DNA of 64,000 nt, taken from assembly GCA_049682815.1 (NCBI GenBank), contig JBAUII010000011.1, forward strand, positions 14,881 through 78,880. Direction: 5' to 3'. Origin of the DNA: Thermodesulfobacteriota bacterium. Lineage in GTDB: Bacteria > Desulfobacterota_D > UBA1144 > Nemesobacterales > CSP1-2. A model generated the notes under the pieces. That model had not been told where the DNA came from. It worked only from the letters and a program-made list of their open reading frames with translations, and made no database searches. Position 1 is the stretch's first letter; every line of letters starts with the position of its first letter. Positions 11,703-21,887 of the stretch are shown piece by piece. The position numbers and the translations under genes are program-made.

Positions 11703-12149
11703 GGTGAGTAAACGACCGTTTTAAATATATTCGGTGCTCATGCGATCGCAACCCTTGTTTATAATTATAATCCCTACATATGAACCAGGTAAGTGAAATT
11801 AGATTAAGCATTAAAAGGATTATATAATTTCTCGGCAGTTTATTCGAATGATAAAACAAATTCTTGTCCTACAATCCTTATAGATTACAGTGCTCGTTGA
11901 TTTCTAACTTATAATTTGAGTAATATCTGGATTGATCTGAAGTGAGGGCACGCATGTGATCCGGAAACGCAAGGTCCAGTCCATCAGATTTTATTATCTT
12001 GATCACCAGAGATGTAATGTAAAATGTTTGTAAATAGAAAGATTTGTTGGGTACGGAAGAATTAGAGAAAATGGAGTCTGGCCCTTGGGTATATTATTAC
12101 GGTTAGAAAAACTTGAATGATACACAGGTGCGTAAGGAGAAAATAGGGT

Positions 12150-13436
12150 TTGACAGAAGTCGAGCTTTTATCTGCTGCGTGGTACGGTGATAATCCAATT
12201 ACAATAACCTTTCCGTCTTCGTGGGAGGTCTTTGTAGTTGGTACGATAAATATCCCGCCTTTGACTGATGATGAAGTCAGGGAAAGGTTTTATAACCCTA
12301 TAGGAGTTCCTAGATTATCGGTTTTAGCCTCAAAAAGAAATCGTGTTGCTATAGTCATAGATGATATTACGAGACCTACCCCTACTGCCAGACTTATCCC
12401 ATTCATTTTAGAAGAATTAAAACACGCTGGGATTAATGATGAGTCGATCATTATAGTTGTAGCCTCAGGAACACATACGCGTGCTTCAGAAGATGATATT
12501 ATAAAAAAAGTAGGTGAGAGTATTGTAAATAAATTCAGGGTAAGTGCGCATGACTGCAGGCGAGATTTGGTTTATTTGGGGAAGTCCTTGAGGGGAACAC
12601 CACTGTTTATAAATCAAGCAATAATGGAATGTGATCTAAAGATAGGGGTTGGATGTATATATCCCCACGGAAGTGCTGGATTTGCAGGAGGATCAAAAAT
12701 ACTTATGCCCGGCGTATGTGGAATCGAAACTGTGCGTTACATGCATAGCTATCTCAGCACGGCCAGGAAGAGAGGTGGATCACTTGAAAATGATTTAAGG
12801 CTGGATATTGAAGAAGTCGCCGGAAAAGTTGGGCTCGATTTCATTATTAACGTGGTTTTGGGACAAAAACGTGAGATCGCAGGTTTGTTCACGGGGGATA
12901 AAATCTTAGCACACCGGGAAGGAGTGAAGTTTGCTACCGAACTTTATAGTGTGAGTCTAGAGCAAAACGCGGATATTGTGGTTTCAAATATGTATCCTTT
13001 TGACACTAGCTTACAGTATGTTCCAAGCAGAGGATTCTGGCCACTATTGGAGAGTGGGACTAAAATTTCAAAAGTTGCTATTGCAGCTTGTCCGATGGGG
13101 CTTGGATATCACGGCCTAGCTCCATTGTCGAGGTCTATTAAGTCGCGATTTTTAAATCGACTGAAGTATTTTGATCTAAAAGAATTTAAATTTTTATTTT
13201 CTCGTCTTATGACGTTAAAAAAAGTCCTCATGCGACAGAGTATGGAGTTTATGATGCTATCTCAGGGAATAACGAAAGAAGAATTGAAAACGATCTTTCC
13301 TAAAGCCAAACTATTTAGCACCTGGGGTGAGCTTTTAAACGAGCTTGAAATTCGCCATAAGGATTTACCTGTTAAAGTAGCTGTATACCCGTTTTCGCCG
13401 TTACAGATTCCAATGTGGAAAAGTTTTAATTTTTGA
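12150..13436 (+). CDS. LarA-family (DUF2088) nickel-pincer-nucleotide-dependent racemase/epimerase homolog; substrate unknown
   Basis: TTG start with RBS aaggaga. The motifs IDDITRPTPT, ASGTHTRAS and YPHGSAGFAGGSKIL...RYMH fit the LarA Asp/Arg, His, NPN-tethering Lys and second His positions. Divergent from larCBE. Confidence 0.7.
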   Translation: MTEVELLSAAWYGDNPITITFPSSWEVFVVGTINIPPLTDDEVRERFYNPIGVPRLSVLASKRNRVAIVIDDITRPTPTARLIPFILEELKHAGINDESIIIVVASGTHTRASEDDIIKKVGESIVNKFRVSAHDCRRDLVYLGKSLRGTPLFINQAIMECDLKIGVGCIYPHGSAGFAGGSKILMPGVCGIETVRYMHSYLSTARKRGGSLENDLRLDIEEVAGKVGLDFIINVVLGQKREIAGLFTGDKILAHREGVKFATELYSVSLEQNADIVVSNMYPFDTSLQYVPSRGFWPLLESGTKISKVAIAACPMGLGYHGLAPLSRSIKSRFLNRLKYFDLKEFKFLFSRLMTLKKVLMRQSMEFMMLSQGITKEELKTIFPKAKLFSTWGELLNELEIRHKDLPVKVAVYPFSPLQIPMWKSFNF

Positions 13437-13505
13437 TGGATGACAGGCGAGACTTGATCGAGAGATGGTCAATAGCGTTATCGTAAATCGATATTAAGTT
13501 ATAAA

Positions 13506-14147
13506 ATGATTCCAGAATATGATGTCAGGGGTGATGAATTAAATTATAAATGGCACGTTGATGCACGTAATCCGCTCAGGCGGCTGCAGAGAAAACTATT
13601 GTTGGACAATTGTAACGGAAAGAGAATATTAGATATTGGGGGTGGAACTGGCAGAACTGGCAACGCGCTCATTCAGAATGGATATGAAGTTACAGTTCTG
13701 GATAAGAATGAAGATATTATGAGATTCGGACAGGAGATACACTCCCCTTTAGTTTTCGTCAAGGGTGATGCTTACCGCTTACCATTTAAAAGTGAGGTAT
13801 TTGATGAGGTGATTTTAGAAGAGATCATTGAACATTTCGAAGACCAGGGAAATGCTATCGAGGAGATACACAGGGTTCTAAGGCCGGGAGGTCGAGTTAT
13901 CTTGTCGACGCCAAATAAGTATTTGTTTAGAATTTATATATTTGTCTTGAGGCTTGCCACATTAAGGGTCAATGAGATTATGAAGCATGTGAAGAGTCAT
14001 ACACATGAGTTAAATCCAGACCAACTTGAACGATTGTTTATTAAATTTAAAGAAAGAACGGTTTTTGGTATTAACCCTTTTTGCCAATTTCTGGCAAAAA
14101 AATTTCCTAAGCTCGGAGTAGGTTTATTAGGGATTTTCAAAAAGTGA
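13506..14147 (+). CDS. class I SAM-dependent methyltransferase
   Basis: Motif I ILDIGGGTGRTG, an acidic residue after beta-2 (VLDKNE), and a motif post-I region. Confidence 0.75.
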   Translation: MIPEYDVRGDELNYKWHVDARNPLRRLQRKLLLDNCNGKRILDIGGGTGRTGNALIQNGYEVTVLDKNEDIMRFGQEIHSPLVFVKGDAYRLPFKSEVFDEVILEEIIEHFEDQGNAIEEIHRVLRPGGRVILSTPNKYLFRIYIFVLRLATLRVNEIMKHVKSHTHELNPDQLERLFIKFKERTVFGINPFCQFLAKKFPKLGVGLLGIFKK

Positions 14148-14177
14148 AAATGAAGTCATAGAAATTATATAAAATAT

Positions 14178-15794
14178 GTGATGAAGATGATCGAGCAATC
14201 CGGAGACATGAAGAGCGATCCCATTATTTTCATAGGCTTAGATAGTGCAGACCCAGATCTAATTCTGAAATGGTCTAGCGAGGGACACCTGCCGGCCATA
14301 TCTTCACTTCTAAAGCGCGGGTGTTGGGGAAAGTTAAATTCGACGGCGGACATATCAAGTGGCTCATTATGGCCCACTTTTTTTACTGGGACTTCGCCTG
14401 CAAAGCACGGTTGCTATTTTGGTCATATGCAACTAAAAAGTGGTACGTATAGAATCTTTAAAAGAGATGCTGATCAGATTAAGAGAAACCCTTTCTGGCT
14501 CTGGTTAAGTCAGGCCGGAAAAAGGGTTGCCATTTGTGATATACCCCAAACTTATCCGATCGAAGGACTTAATGGGATACAGATAACTGGGTGGGGAGTT
14601 GAATCGCCACACTGGAAGTTATCATCCTGGCCACCTGACCTTATTGGAGATGTGATATCACGTTTTGGAACTCATCCTCTCTGGAGATGGTATCAGACTA
14701 AACCTGAGAAAATCAGTGAATACGCGGACTTGTACGAAAAATTAATGTTAGGGATAGAGAGAAAAGGTTTAATCACATCTTATCTGTTGGAACGGGGACC
14801 CTGGGACTTTTTTTTAATGATGTACTCGGAACCACATTGGGCCGGACATTTGCTTTGGCATCTATTTGACGTTAAGCATTCGGCCTATGATGAAGAGATG
14901 GCTAAGGGTTTTAAGGAAGTAATTCGCAATATTTACGCATCAATTGATTCCAACATTTCGAGACTAATCGATGCATTTCCTGATGCAACCTTCTTAATTT
15001 TTTCTCCTGCGGGTATTGAAAATAATTATAGCGGCATACATCTATTGCCCGAAGTCCTAAAAAGACTCGGCATAATGGGGAAAAACTCAAAGGATGAGCG
15101 CCTGTTTGACCCGATTTCATTTGCGCTCGAGAACATACGTCTATTGATGCCTCACAAGAGGTGGGGACCGTATGCGCTCAAAAAATTAGAAAACGTTATT
15201 CCCACTGAGGTAATCGAGGTTGCCAAGCGGATCGTCCCTGAAAAATTGTGGGCAAACATGGCGCGTCGCTTATTAACACTTGGTAACGAATGGCGATGGA
15301 GCAGGGCGTTTTGCCTGCCGAATGACTTCTCCGGGGCAATCAGAATAAATCTGAAAGGTCGAGAGCCAAGTGGTCTGGTAGAACCGGGAGAAGAATACGA
15401 TAGATTATGCGATGAACTCATAAGGGAGCTTAATTATTTAGTCAATCCCGATACGGGCAAGAATGCGGTCAGTGAAGTCCTGAGAGTAGACAAGCTATTT
15501 CAGGGAGAAAATCTATGCGACCTTCCGGACCTTCTTGTAGTATGGAAAAGGGATGCACCAATAAAAGCCCTGTTTTCGCCTCGTATTGGAACAGTTACAG
15601 GTGACATTCCCGATAAGCGAATGGGGGCTCACAAAGCTGAGGGCATACTCATAGCTGCGGGGAGGAAAATCAATTCCTCGAAAACCTTTGAAGGAGGCCA
15701 TATTATGGATATAGCTCCAACAGTTCTCCATCTAACGGGCTGCTCGGTACCGCAAGATATGGATGGCAAGGTTCTAACGGAAATAATTTATTAG
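14178..15794 (+). CDS. alkaline-phosphatase-superfamily protein (PF01663 type I phosphodiesterase / nucleotide pyrophosphatase-like)
   Basis: N-terminal IIFIGLDSADPDL...SGSLWPTFFTGTSPAKHG metal-binding Asp/Ser region typical of PF01663 proteins found in polysaccharide loci. Confidence 0.65.
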   Translation: MMKMIEQSGDMKSDPIIFIGLDSADPDLILKWSSEGHLPAISSLLKRGCWGKLNSTADISSGSLWPTFFTGTSPAKHGCYFGHMQLKSGTYRIFKRDADQIKRNPFWLWLSQAGKRVAICDIPQTYPIEGLNGIQITGWGVESPHWKLSSWPPDLIGDVISRFGTHPLWRWYQTKPEKISEYADLYEKLMLGIERKGLITSYLLERGPWDFFLMMYSEPHWAGHLLWHLFDVKHSAYDEEMAKGFKEVIRNIYASIDSNISRLIDAFPDATFLIFSPAGIENNYSGIHLLPEVLKRLGIMGKNSKDERLFDPISFALENIRLLMPHKRWGPYALKKLENVIPTEVIEVAKRIVPEKLWANMARRLLTLGNEWRWSRAFCLPNDFSGAIRINLKGREPSGLVEPGEEYDRLCDELIRELNYLVNPDTGKNAVSEVLRVDKLFQGENLCDLPDLLVVWKRDAPIKALFSPRIGTVTGDIPDKRMGAHKAEGILIAAGRKINSSKTFEGGHIMDIAPTVLHLTGCSVPQDMDGKVLTEIIY

Positions 15795-16011
15795 GATTTT
15801 AACGTTACCAGCTCTATAAGTTACTCCTGATGTCCACGTACCCATATTCTCTTTTTTGCCATGCCCAATTCTATTTGGAAACTATCAATGAGTAAATAGC
15901 GAGTTCTGTGTTCGTTAATAAAGAAATCGGCGAATCTTATGTTATTTTGTCTTTATGACCTTTTTGCACCAGTTATGATAATCGACGATTAATTAATAGC
16001 GTGGTATTAGC

Positions 16012-17196
16012 TTGAAGATTTTTTATATATATCTGACTGACGTACGTAATACTTGGGCTAATGTAGTTCAAACCTTACAGATGTGCGAGGCTTTATCAAA
16101 ATTACACGAGGTTAATTTTTTTCACCCGTTTCTCTCCCAGAGGACTTTAAATGAGAGGCTGAGTTTTTTTTATATAGAGAAAAGATTTTGTATTACCAGG
16201 GTTGTGGCATTTGGCCCACTTGAGCACAAGTACTTGGATTTTGCCAACAGGGTTATTTTCTTTTTACAAATACTCTTTTATTTATATTTTTTTAAATACG
16301 ACTTGGTTTATACACGCGACTTTTCATTTCTAGTATTTCTCTCCTGGCTCCCTAGATTCCTGAGACCAAAGAAGAAAATAATTTATGAGCCTCATAAGAT
16401 TTATTATTATTCCTCGAAAAAAGTTAATGATCTCAGACTCGAGATTGAGTGTGTAAAACTACCCGACAAGTTTATAGCAATATCACATGGAGTAAAGCAG
16501 GATTTGGTTCAACTCGGGGCCGAAGTGAAGAAGATTGAAGTTGTTCCAAACGCTGTGAAGGTCGATAAGTTTTCTCTCGAATTTGATATGGACGCCTTTA
16601 GAAAGGAAAATAATATCTCGAATGACGATGTGGCTATAACTTATACTGGTTCGTGGGAGACGTGGAAAGGCGTTGATGTATTAATCAAAGCGTTTGCAAG
16701 AGTTTTGAAAAAAACAGGAAATTGTAAATTGATCTTAGTCGGGGGAAGTAAGAAAGATCTTATCAATACGAGAGAATTGATAAAAAGTTTAGAAATATGC
16801 GCAGAAAGAATTCTCTTGATTGGTTTTGTTTCTCAATCTGAAGTTGCTAAATATCTTAAGATTTCTGATATTGGGGTAATTCCTACTGTCGGAAAATCTG
16901 CAGGGCTTCGTTACACCTCACCGCTAAAGTTATTTGAGTATATGGCCGCAGGACTGCCAATTGTTGCTTCGGACTTGCCTTCGACGCGTGAGTTACTTAA
17001 AGAAGATGAAGCGGTATTTTTTGAGCCCGAAAGCGAGTATGATTTAGCTGACAAGCTAACTGATTTAATCAACGATAAAGTGAAAAGAGAGAAGATGAGG
17101 CTTTTGATGAGGCAAAGAGTAAAAGACTTTACCTACGAAGAAAGATGTCGAAAAGTAACAGAAGTAATAAATAGTGCTATGCGAATTCATGCTTAG
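16012..17196 (+). CDS. glycosyltransferase family 4 (GT4)
   Basis: C-terminal GT-B domain with the GxxxxGVD...KLILVGG and LFEYMAAGLPIVASD motifs. The start (TTG in the track) is uncertain. Confidence 0.75.
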   Translation: MKIFYIYLTDVRNTWANVVQTLQMCEALSKLHEVNFFHPFLSQRTLNERLSFFYIEKRFCITRVVAFGPLEHKYLDFANRVIFFLQILFYLYFFKYDLVYTRDFSFLVFLSWLPRFLRPKKKIIYEPHKIYYYSSKKVNDLRLEIECVKLPDKFIAISHGVKQDLVQLGAEVKKIEVVPNAVKVDKFSLEFDMDAFRKENNISNDDVAITYTGSWETWKGVDVLIKAFARVLKKTGNCKLILVGGSKKDLINTRELIKSLEICAERILLIGFVSQSEVAKYLKISDIGVIPTVGKSAGLRYTSPLKLFEYMAAGLPIVASDLPSTRELLKEDEAVFFEPESEYDLADKLTDLINDKVKREKMRLLMRQRVKDFTYEERCRKVTEVINSAMRIHA

Positions 17197-17202
17197 AATT
17201 GT

Positions 17203-19212
17203 ATGTCGATTCTTAAAAACGATTGGATTATAGGGAACAGGAAGCCAATCATCGTCTCGATGTTGGTCCTTTTTATTGTGTTTTCGGGATCTTTACTCCT
17301 CTTATTCTTTGGATCTCGGCTCATCGAGTGGACATCCAAGGGCGAATCAATTGAATTTATCAACAGATTAATAGTTGAGGGTAAGAAATATGATTTACCC
17401 TATCTTCCGGTCGAGTCAGCTTTAATTAGAATTGTCATAATTATTGACACATTATCGCTTGTATTGGTCGCAAGTCTTCTCAACCCAAGGATTCGTCGGA
17501 TTATCAAGAGTTTTTTCACCGAGAAGACACATCCGGTGAACCTTGCAGTTTTTCGTATAGTATTGTTTCTCACTGTAATCAATACGGTTGATGTGTCAGA
17601 TGTAATCTGGTTTAGTGAGTTTCCTAAAGAATTGTTATTTGCCCCGACCGGGCTCGAATGGTTATTTAATTACATACCCGTCAACGAAACTTGGGCCAGG
17701 GTGTCGAGTGTGTTGTTTCTTTTTTTCTGTTTTACTGGAATGATAGGTCTCTTTACGCGCACTTCAGCGCTGTTGGCCGTGATCTTTGGCTTCTACGTAC
17801 TTGGCATCCCTCAATTCTTTGGTAAGGTAAGGCATTACCACCATCTCATATGGTTCCTTGCAATCCTCGCGGCTAGCCGGTCCGGAGATGCGCTTTCAGT
17901 TGATGCAATTTTTGCTGCGAGAAAGAGAGCGGATCGGGGGATAACTGATCCTCCTGGTTCTTCTCAAGCTTATGCTTTGCCCCTTCGGTTCGTATGGCTT
18001 TTAATGGGTGTTATGTATTTTTTCCCCGGGTTTTGGAAATTTGTATGGGCGGGTCCCGATTGGGCTTTTAGTGATAACTTAAAATTTAGACTTTATAAAA
18101 CATGGTTTGAATTCGGCGATTGGACACCTTTTTTCAGAATAGATCAGTATCCTTTTTTGTACAAAATAGCTGCACTGACAACCATGATTTTCGAATTATC
18201 CTTTATCTTTATAATTTTCTTTCCGGGAATGCGTTTATTTGCTGCGTTGGGGGGACTTCTATTCCATAACTTAACTAATTTGTTTATGCGGATACCATTC
18301 TGGTGGCTTCAACCATGCTATGTATCTTTCTTTGATTGGGATTCGATTTTTCACCGAATTGGACGCTGGATTTACAAGGATGAAATGTACCTATTTTATG
18401 ACGCAACGAGTAAGAGCTGTCGCAGAAAGCTGGCGTATCTAAGGGTTTTTGATGTATTCGGTCGTGTGGTGTATGTGAATGTCCTCGACGAAGGAGAGGC
18501 AAAAACTTACGACCGGGATTTATTGGATGTTTCCGTAATTAAGACAGACATGTGCGCGTCTATCCGCTCCAGGAGATTGCAAGGGGTTCAGGTTTATAAG
18601 GAAATTGGAAAGCGCATTCCAGTTTTCTGGCCTGTATTGCCATTCTTATACATTCTGCTACTGACAAAAATTGAAAGCTGGATAATTCGTCATCGAGTAG
18701 AGTCACAGAAATCAACCCTGGCAAAAGCATCATCTTTACACTCAGAGGGGTACAAATCTACCCGTCCAGGTTTGACTGCGGTCATAACCGTTGGAGTGTT
18801 CTTAATTTTTGTGAATGTCCTATGTGGTCTAGCCCATATAGTGTCGGGTTGGCCTTTCGCTTGCTATCCAACCTTCGAGCGTGTCATATCTCATAAATCA
18901 AAAATAGAATCTCTCGCGATTTCTTTGACGAGCTCTACTGGTGAATCCATCTCACTCGATGGATACTTATTGAATAGAGAACTTTATTGGTCGAGGAGTC
19001 TGGGTTTAATCCAGCACATTCTTGAGACGGATGATGAGGAACTAATGCACGTCCGTCTAAGGGGACTTTGGCGGATCTGGTCGGAGAAAGATCCTAGACT
19101 AATGACGGCGCATTCCGTTCGATTTTACAAGGTTGTGCTTTTTCCGATTCCACCCGAAGATTTGTCGATAAATCCTGTCAAACGAGAGTTTCTTTATGAG
19201 TTACAATTGTAG
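17203..19212 (+). CDS. HTTM-domain (vitamin-K-dependent gamma-carboxylase-like) polytopic membrane protein with a C-terminal DCC/DUF393-like region
   Basis: 669 aa with multiple TM helices. The VNLAVFRIVLFLTVI...ALLAVIFGFYVLGIP region resembles HTTM. The central LFYDATSKSCRRKLAYLRVFD resembles the DUF393/DCC YDGxCxxC segment but has only one Cys. Confidence 0.55.
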   Translation: MSILKNDWIIGNRKPIIVSMLVLFIVFSGSLLLLFFGSRLIEWTSKGESIEFINRLIVEGKKYDLPYLPVESALIRIVIIIDTLSLVLVASLLNPRIRRIIKSFFTEKTHPVNLAVFRIVLFLTVINTVDVSDVIWFSEFPKELLFAPTGLEWLFNYIPVNETWARVSSVLFLFFCFTGMIGLFTRTSALLAVIFGFYVLGIPQFFGKVRHYHHLIWFLAILAASRSGDALSVDAIFAARKRADRGITDPPGSSQAYALPLRFVWLLMGVMYFFPGFWKFVWAGPDWAFSDNLKFRLYKTWFEFGDWTPFFRIDQYPFLYKIAALTTMIFELSFIFIIFFPGMRLFAALGGLLFHNLTNLFMRIPFWWLQPCYVSFFDWDSIFHRIGRWIYKDEMYLFYDATSKSCRRKLAYLRVFDVFGRVVYVNVLDEGEAKTYDRDLLDVSVIKTDMCASIRSRRLQGVQVYKEIGKRIPVFWPVLPFLYILLLTKIESWIIRHRVESQKSTLAKASSLHSEGYKSTRPGLTAVITVGVFLIFVNVLCGLAHIVSGWPFACYPTFERVISHKSKIESLAISLTSSTGESISLDGYLLNRELYWSRSLGLIQHILETDDEELMHVRLRGLWRIWSEKDPRLMTAHSVRFYKVVLFPIPPEDLSINPVKREFLYELQL

Positions 19213-19353
19213 GAAATGCATATTTTTATGGGCTTACAGACTCGAATTAATAAGGATACTTTGGGAAAGGGCTACAATTCAAAGTACGACCCCCTTAGCT
19301 AGGATCGGATGGAAAATGGTCCTTATATCGTCGCTAACGGTGGCTTCAGAACC

Positions 19354-20643
19354 TTAAAAATCACGCTCGACATTTGATATGATGGATCTGAGTTTTCCCG
19401 ATGGGTCTAGCGGAATCTCTTTGACTCGTTCAAAGGAAACATCAACACCTTTACCAAACAGGACTCTAAAATCCTTTTTAAATCGATCGACGGTCTTTTT
19501 AAAATATTCTTCCTCGCATAACAGAAGAACTCGGATATGTTCCCAACCTTCTTGGATTATCCTGTACTGGTCTATCTCGCTGTAGTTCTTCATGAAATTA
19601 AAGAAGAATTGAAAATTTAGCAGGCTGCCGTCACGCAGCGAAATTATATCATCCAAACGTCCCTCTATACTCTCAATTAAGGGAAACCGCCTCCCGCATC
19701 GGCACATGTCTTTAGAGAGGACACAAACGTCATCTAATTTATATCTGATGAATGGCATTGTATAAGAATAGAGATTTGTGCAAATGGTTACTCCTTTGTC
19801 TCCGGGAGAAACTGGTTTTCCGCCTCTGTCAATAAATTCCGTTACAACACAGTCGGCATTAATGTGTAATCCACGATGTGCCCTGCATTCCCATGCAAGC
19901 GTCCCCATCTCATTACTTGCATAGACATTGGTTGGATTGACTCCAAAAGCGTCCTTAATGATTTTACGCGTCGCATCTTCTAAAACTTCACCCGTCGAAA
20001 AAATCGATTTAAGTTTTTCGATTTGCATTCTCTCCTTTAGGATTCTCTTCGATAATAGCTCAAGAGCGGATTTTGTGCTGTAAATCACATCAGGTCTCGC
20101 TTTCTTTAATAAATCAATTTGTTCTTCTAATGGTAGAAATACTGAGATATAATCGAAGTCTAAAATTCCAATTTTTCGAAATTTTGATTTCTTCTCAAAA
20201 CCCATCGGTCTCCAGATCGAAATAACTTTATCCGTTATGCTGTATCCATTTTCAAAATATGCCCTTAGCCATCGTAGTTTCCTGTGTTGCTTTTCTTTAC
20301 GGTCTAAATAGACCGTTAGTGGCTTACCTGTCGAACCACTAGTTGTTTCTTTAATGCACCTTTCTTTGTCAACCCCTCTAGCTAAGAGCTCATCAATTGG
20401 TGTTTTCTTTATAGTCTCTTTAGTTGTAATTGGTATTTTAGATAAGTCTTCAATACCTCTTATATGCTCGGGCTTTATCTCAACAGAGTCCAGAAGATTA
20501 CGATAATATATTACATTTTCATAGGCATGCCTGATTAGTATTTTTAGTTTTTGCTCTTGTATTCGCTTCAGCTCTTTTTCAGATAGCCAGACGTTTTTGC
20601 GTAATGTTCTTAATTCTAAGAGGTCCTTTATAGTAGTTATCAT
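19354..20643 (-). CDS. phenylacetate-CoA ligase family / coenzyme F390 synthetase-like adenylate-forming enzyme (CapK-like)
   Basis: AMP-binding motif TSGSTGKPL, with size and domain order as in PaaK/F390-synthetase-like proteins. Convergent with the glycan operon. Confidence 0.7.
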   Translation of the reverse strand: MITTIKDLLELRTLRKNVWLSEKELKRIQEQKLKILIRHAYENVIYYRNLLDSVEIKPEHIRGIEDLSKIPITTKETIKKTPIDELLARGVDKERCIKETTSGSTGKPLTVYLDRKEKQHRKLRWLRAYFENGYSITDKVISIWRPMGFEKKSKFRKIGILDFDYISVFLPLEEQIDLLKKARPDVIYSTKSALELLSKRILKERMQIEKLKSIFSTGEVLEDATRKIIKDAFGVNPTNVYASNEMGTLAWECRAHRGLHINADCVVTEFIDRGGKPVSPGDKGVTICTNLYSYTMPFIRYKLDDVCVLSKDMCRCGRRFPLIESIEGRLDDIISLRDGSLLNFQFFFNFMKNYSEIDQYRIIQEGWEHIRVLLLCEEEYFKKTVDRFKKDFRVLFGKGVDVSFERVKEIPLDPSGKLRSIISNVERDF

Positions 20644-20862
20644 TCTTAGTAATTTTATCTGAAGTGTAAATGTAAATTTAGTAAAGGTATAAACGACACC
20701 GACGATCCCACCCCTTTAACGTCTTGTCAACTTTTCAACAAATTCCCCTTCTCTAAGATAACGGAGAGCCAGATTTGATTTATGATAAGATTTTTATCAG
20801 AAGACACGGTTAATGTGTTATAATTGGTTTAAATTTATTCTTGAAATTAAAGGGCCGTTTAA

Positions 20863-21723
20863 ATGATCCAAGATCAAATGACAAACCATTCTGAATCGAT
20901 GGCGACATTTGTAGAGACTGCGGGTCATGAAGACGACAAAATCAATCTTGTCGAGGTATCGCTTCTTCTTGCCAAGTGTATCGAGTATCCAAACTTGGTT
21001 ATCGGCGAATATCTTAAGAGAATAGAAAAAATGGCAGCCGAAATTGAGTCTCAATTGGGCTGTGACACCAGGAATCCGAATTCGTTGATAGATTTAATCA
21101 ATAATTATTTGTTTGTCGAACAGGGATTCAATGGTAATGAGGACGACTATTATGACCCTAGAAATAGTTTCTTAAATGATGTTATGGATAGAAAAACAGG
21201 AATTCCGATTACACTTTCTACCCTATATATTGAGCTTGCAAGCAGGGTGGGGCTGGGATTAGACGGAGTAGGCTTCCCGGGACACTTTATTGTTAAGTAT
21301 TCGGGACCAGGCGATGAGATACTAATCGATCCCTTTAACAAGGGCAGAATACTATCGGATAAAAACTGCCAGGATATTCTCAATAGGATGTTTGGGAGTA
21401 GGGTCCAGTTTAGAAGAGAAATGATAGCTACTTCTACTAAGAAGCAAATACTTAGCAGAATGCTGAATAATTTGAAAGGAATATATGTCGATTCTAAAAA
21501 TAATCAAAAGGCTCTTTCAGTTGTTGAATTGATTCTTGAATTAAAACCTGAAAGTATTTCGGAACTAAGAGATAGAGGGCTACTTTACTATAAGCTGGAA
21601 TGCTTTTCCCAGGCACTTCATGACCTGGAAACATATCTTAATCTATCTCCTGATGCTCTGGATCGTGAGGTGATGACTAATATTGTTTCAAGGTTAAAGG
21701 ATCTTGTGAAATTGATTAACTAA
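20863..21723 (+). CDS. transglutaminase-like domain + TPR protein (SirB1/UPF0162 family)
   Basis: KTGIPITLSTLYIELASRVGL...GFPGHFIV is the transglutaminase-like core-2 fold motif. A helical TPR-like tail follows. Confidence 0.65.
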   Translation: MIQDQMTNHSESMATFVETAGHEDDKINLVEVSLLLAKCIEYPNLVIGEYLKRIEKMAAEIESQLGCDTRNPNSLIDLINNYLFVEQGFNGNEDDYYDPRNSFLNDVMDRKTGIPITLSTLYIELASRVGLGLDGVGFPGHFIVKYSGPGDEILIDPFNKGRILSDKNCQDILNRMFGSRVQFRREMIATSTKKQILSRMLNNLKGIYVDSKNNQKALSVVELILELKPESISELRDRGLLYYKLECFSQALHDLETYLNLSPDALDREVMTNIVSRLKDLVKLIN

Positions 21724-21887
21724 GTAGAATTTAAAATTAGTGTATACATGGTTAGTCGCATTTTCACAAGAATACAAGATTTTTCTGCCTACATCACAAA
21801 AGAAATAATAATTTTTATCTGTTTATTGGATTATCTCCCTTACTTCGGTAGAATTCCTACATTTTATATGCGTAGGGGATATCAGAT

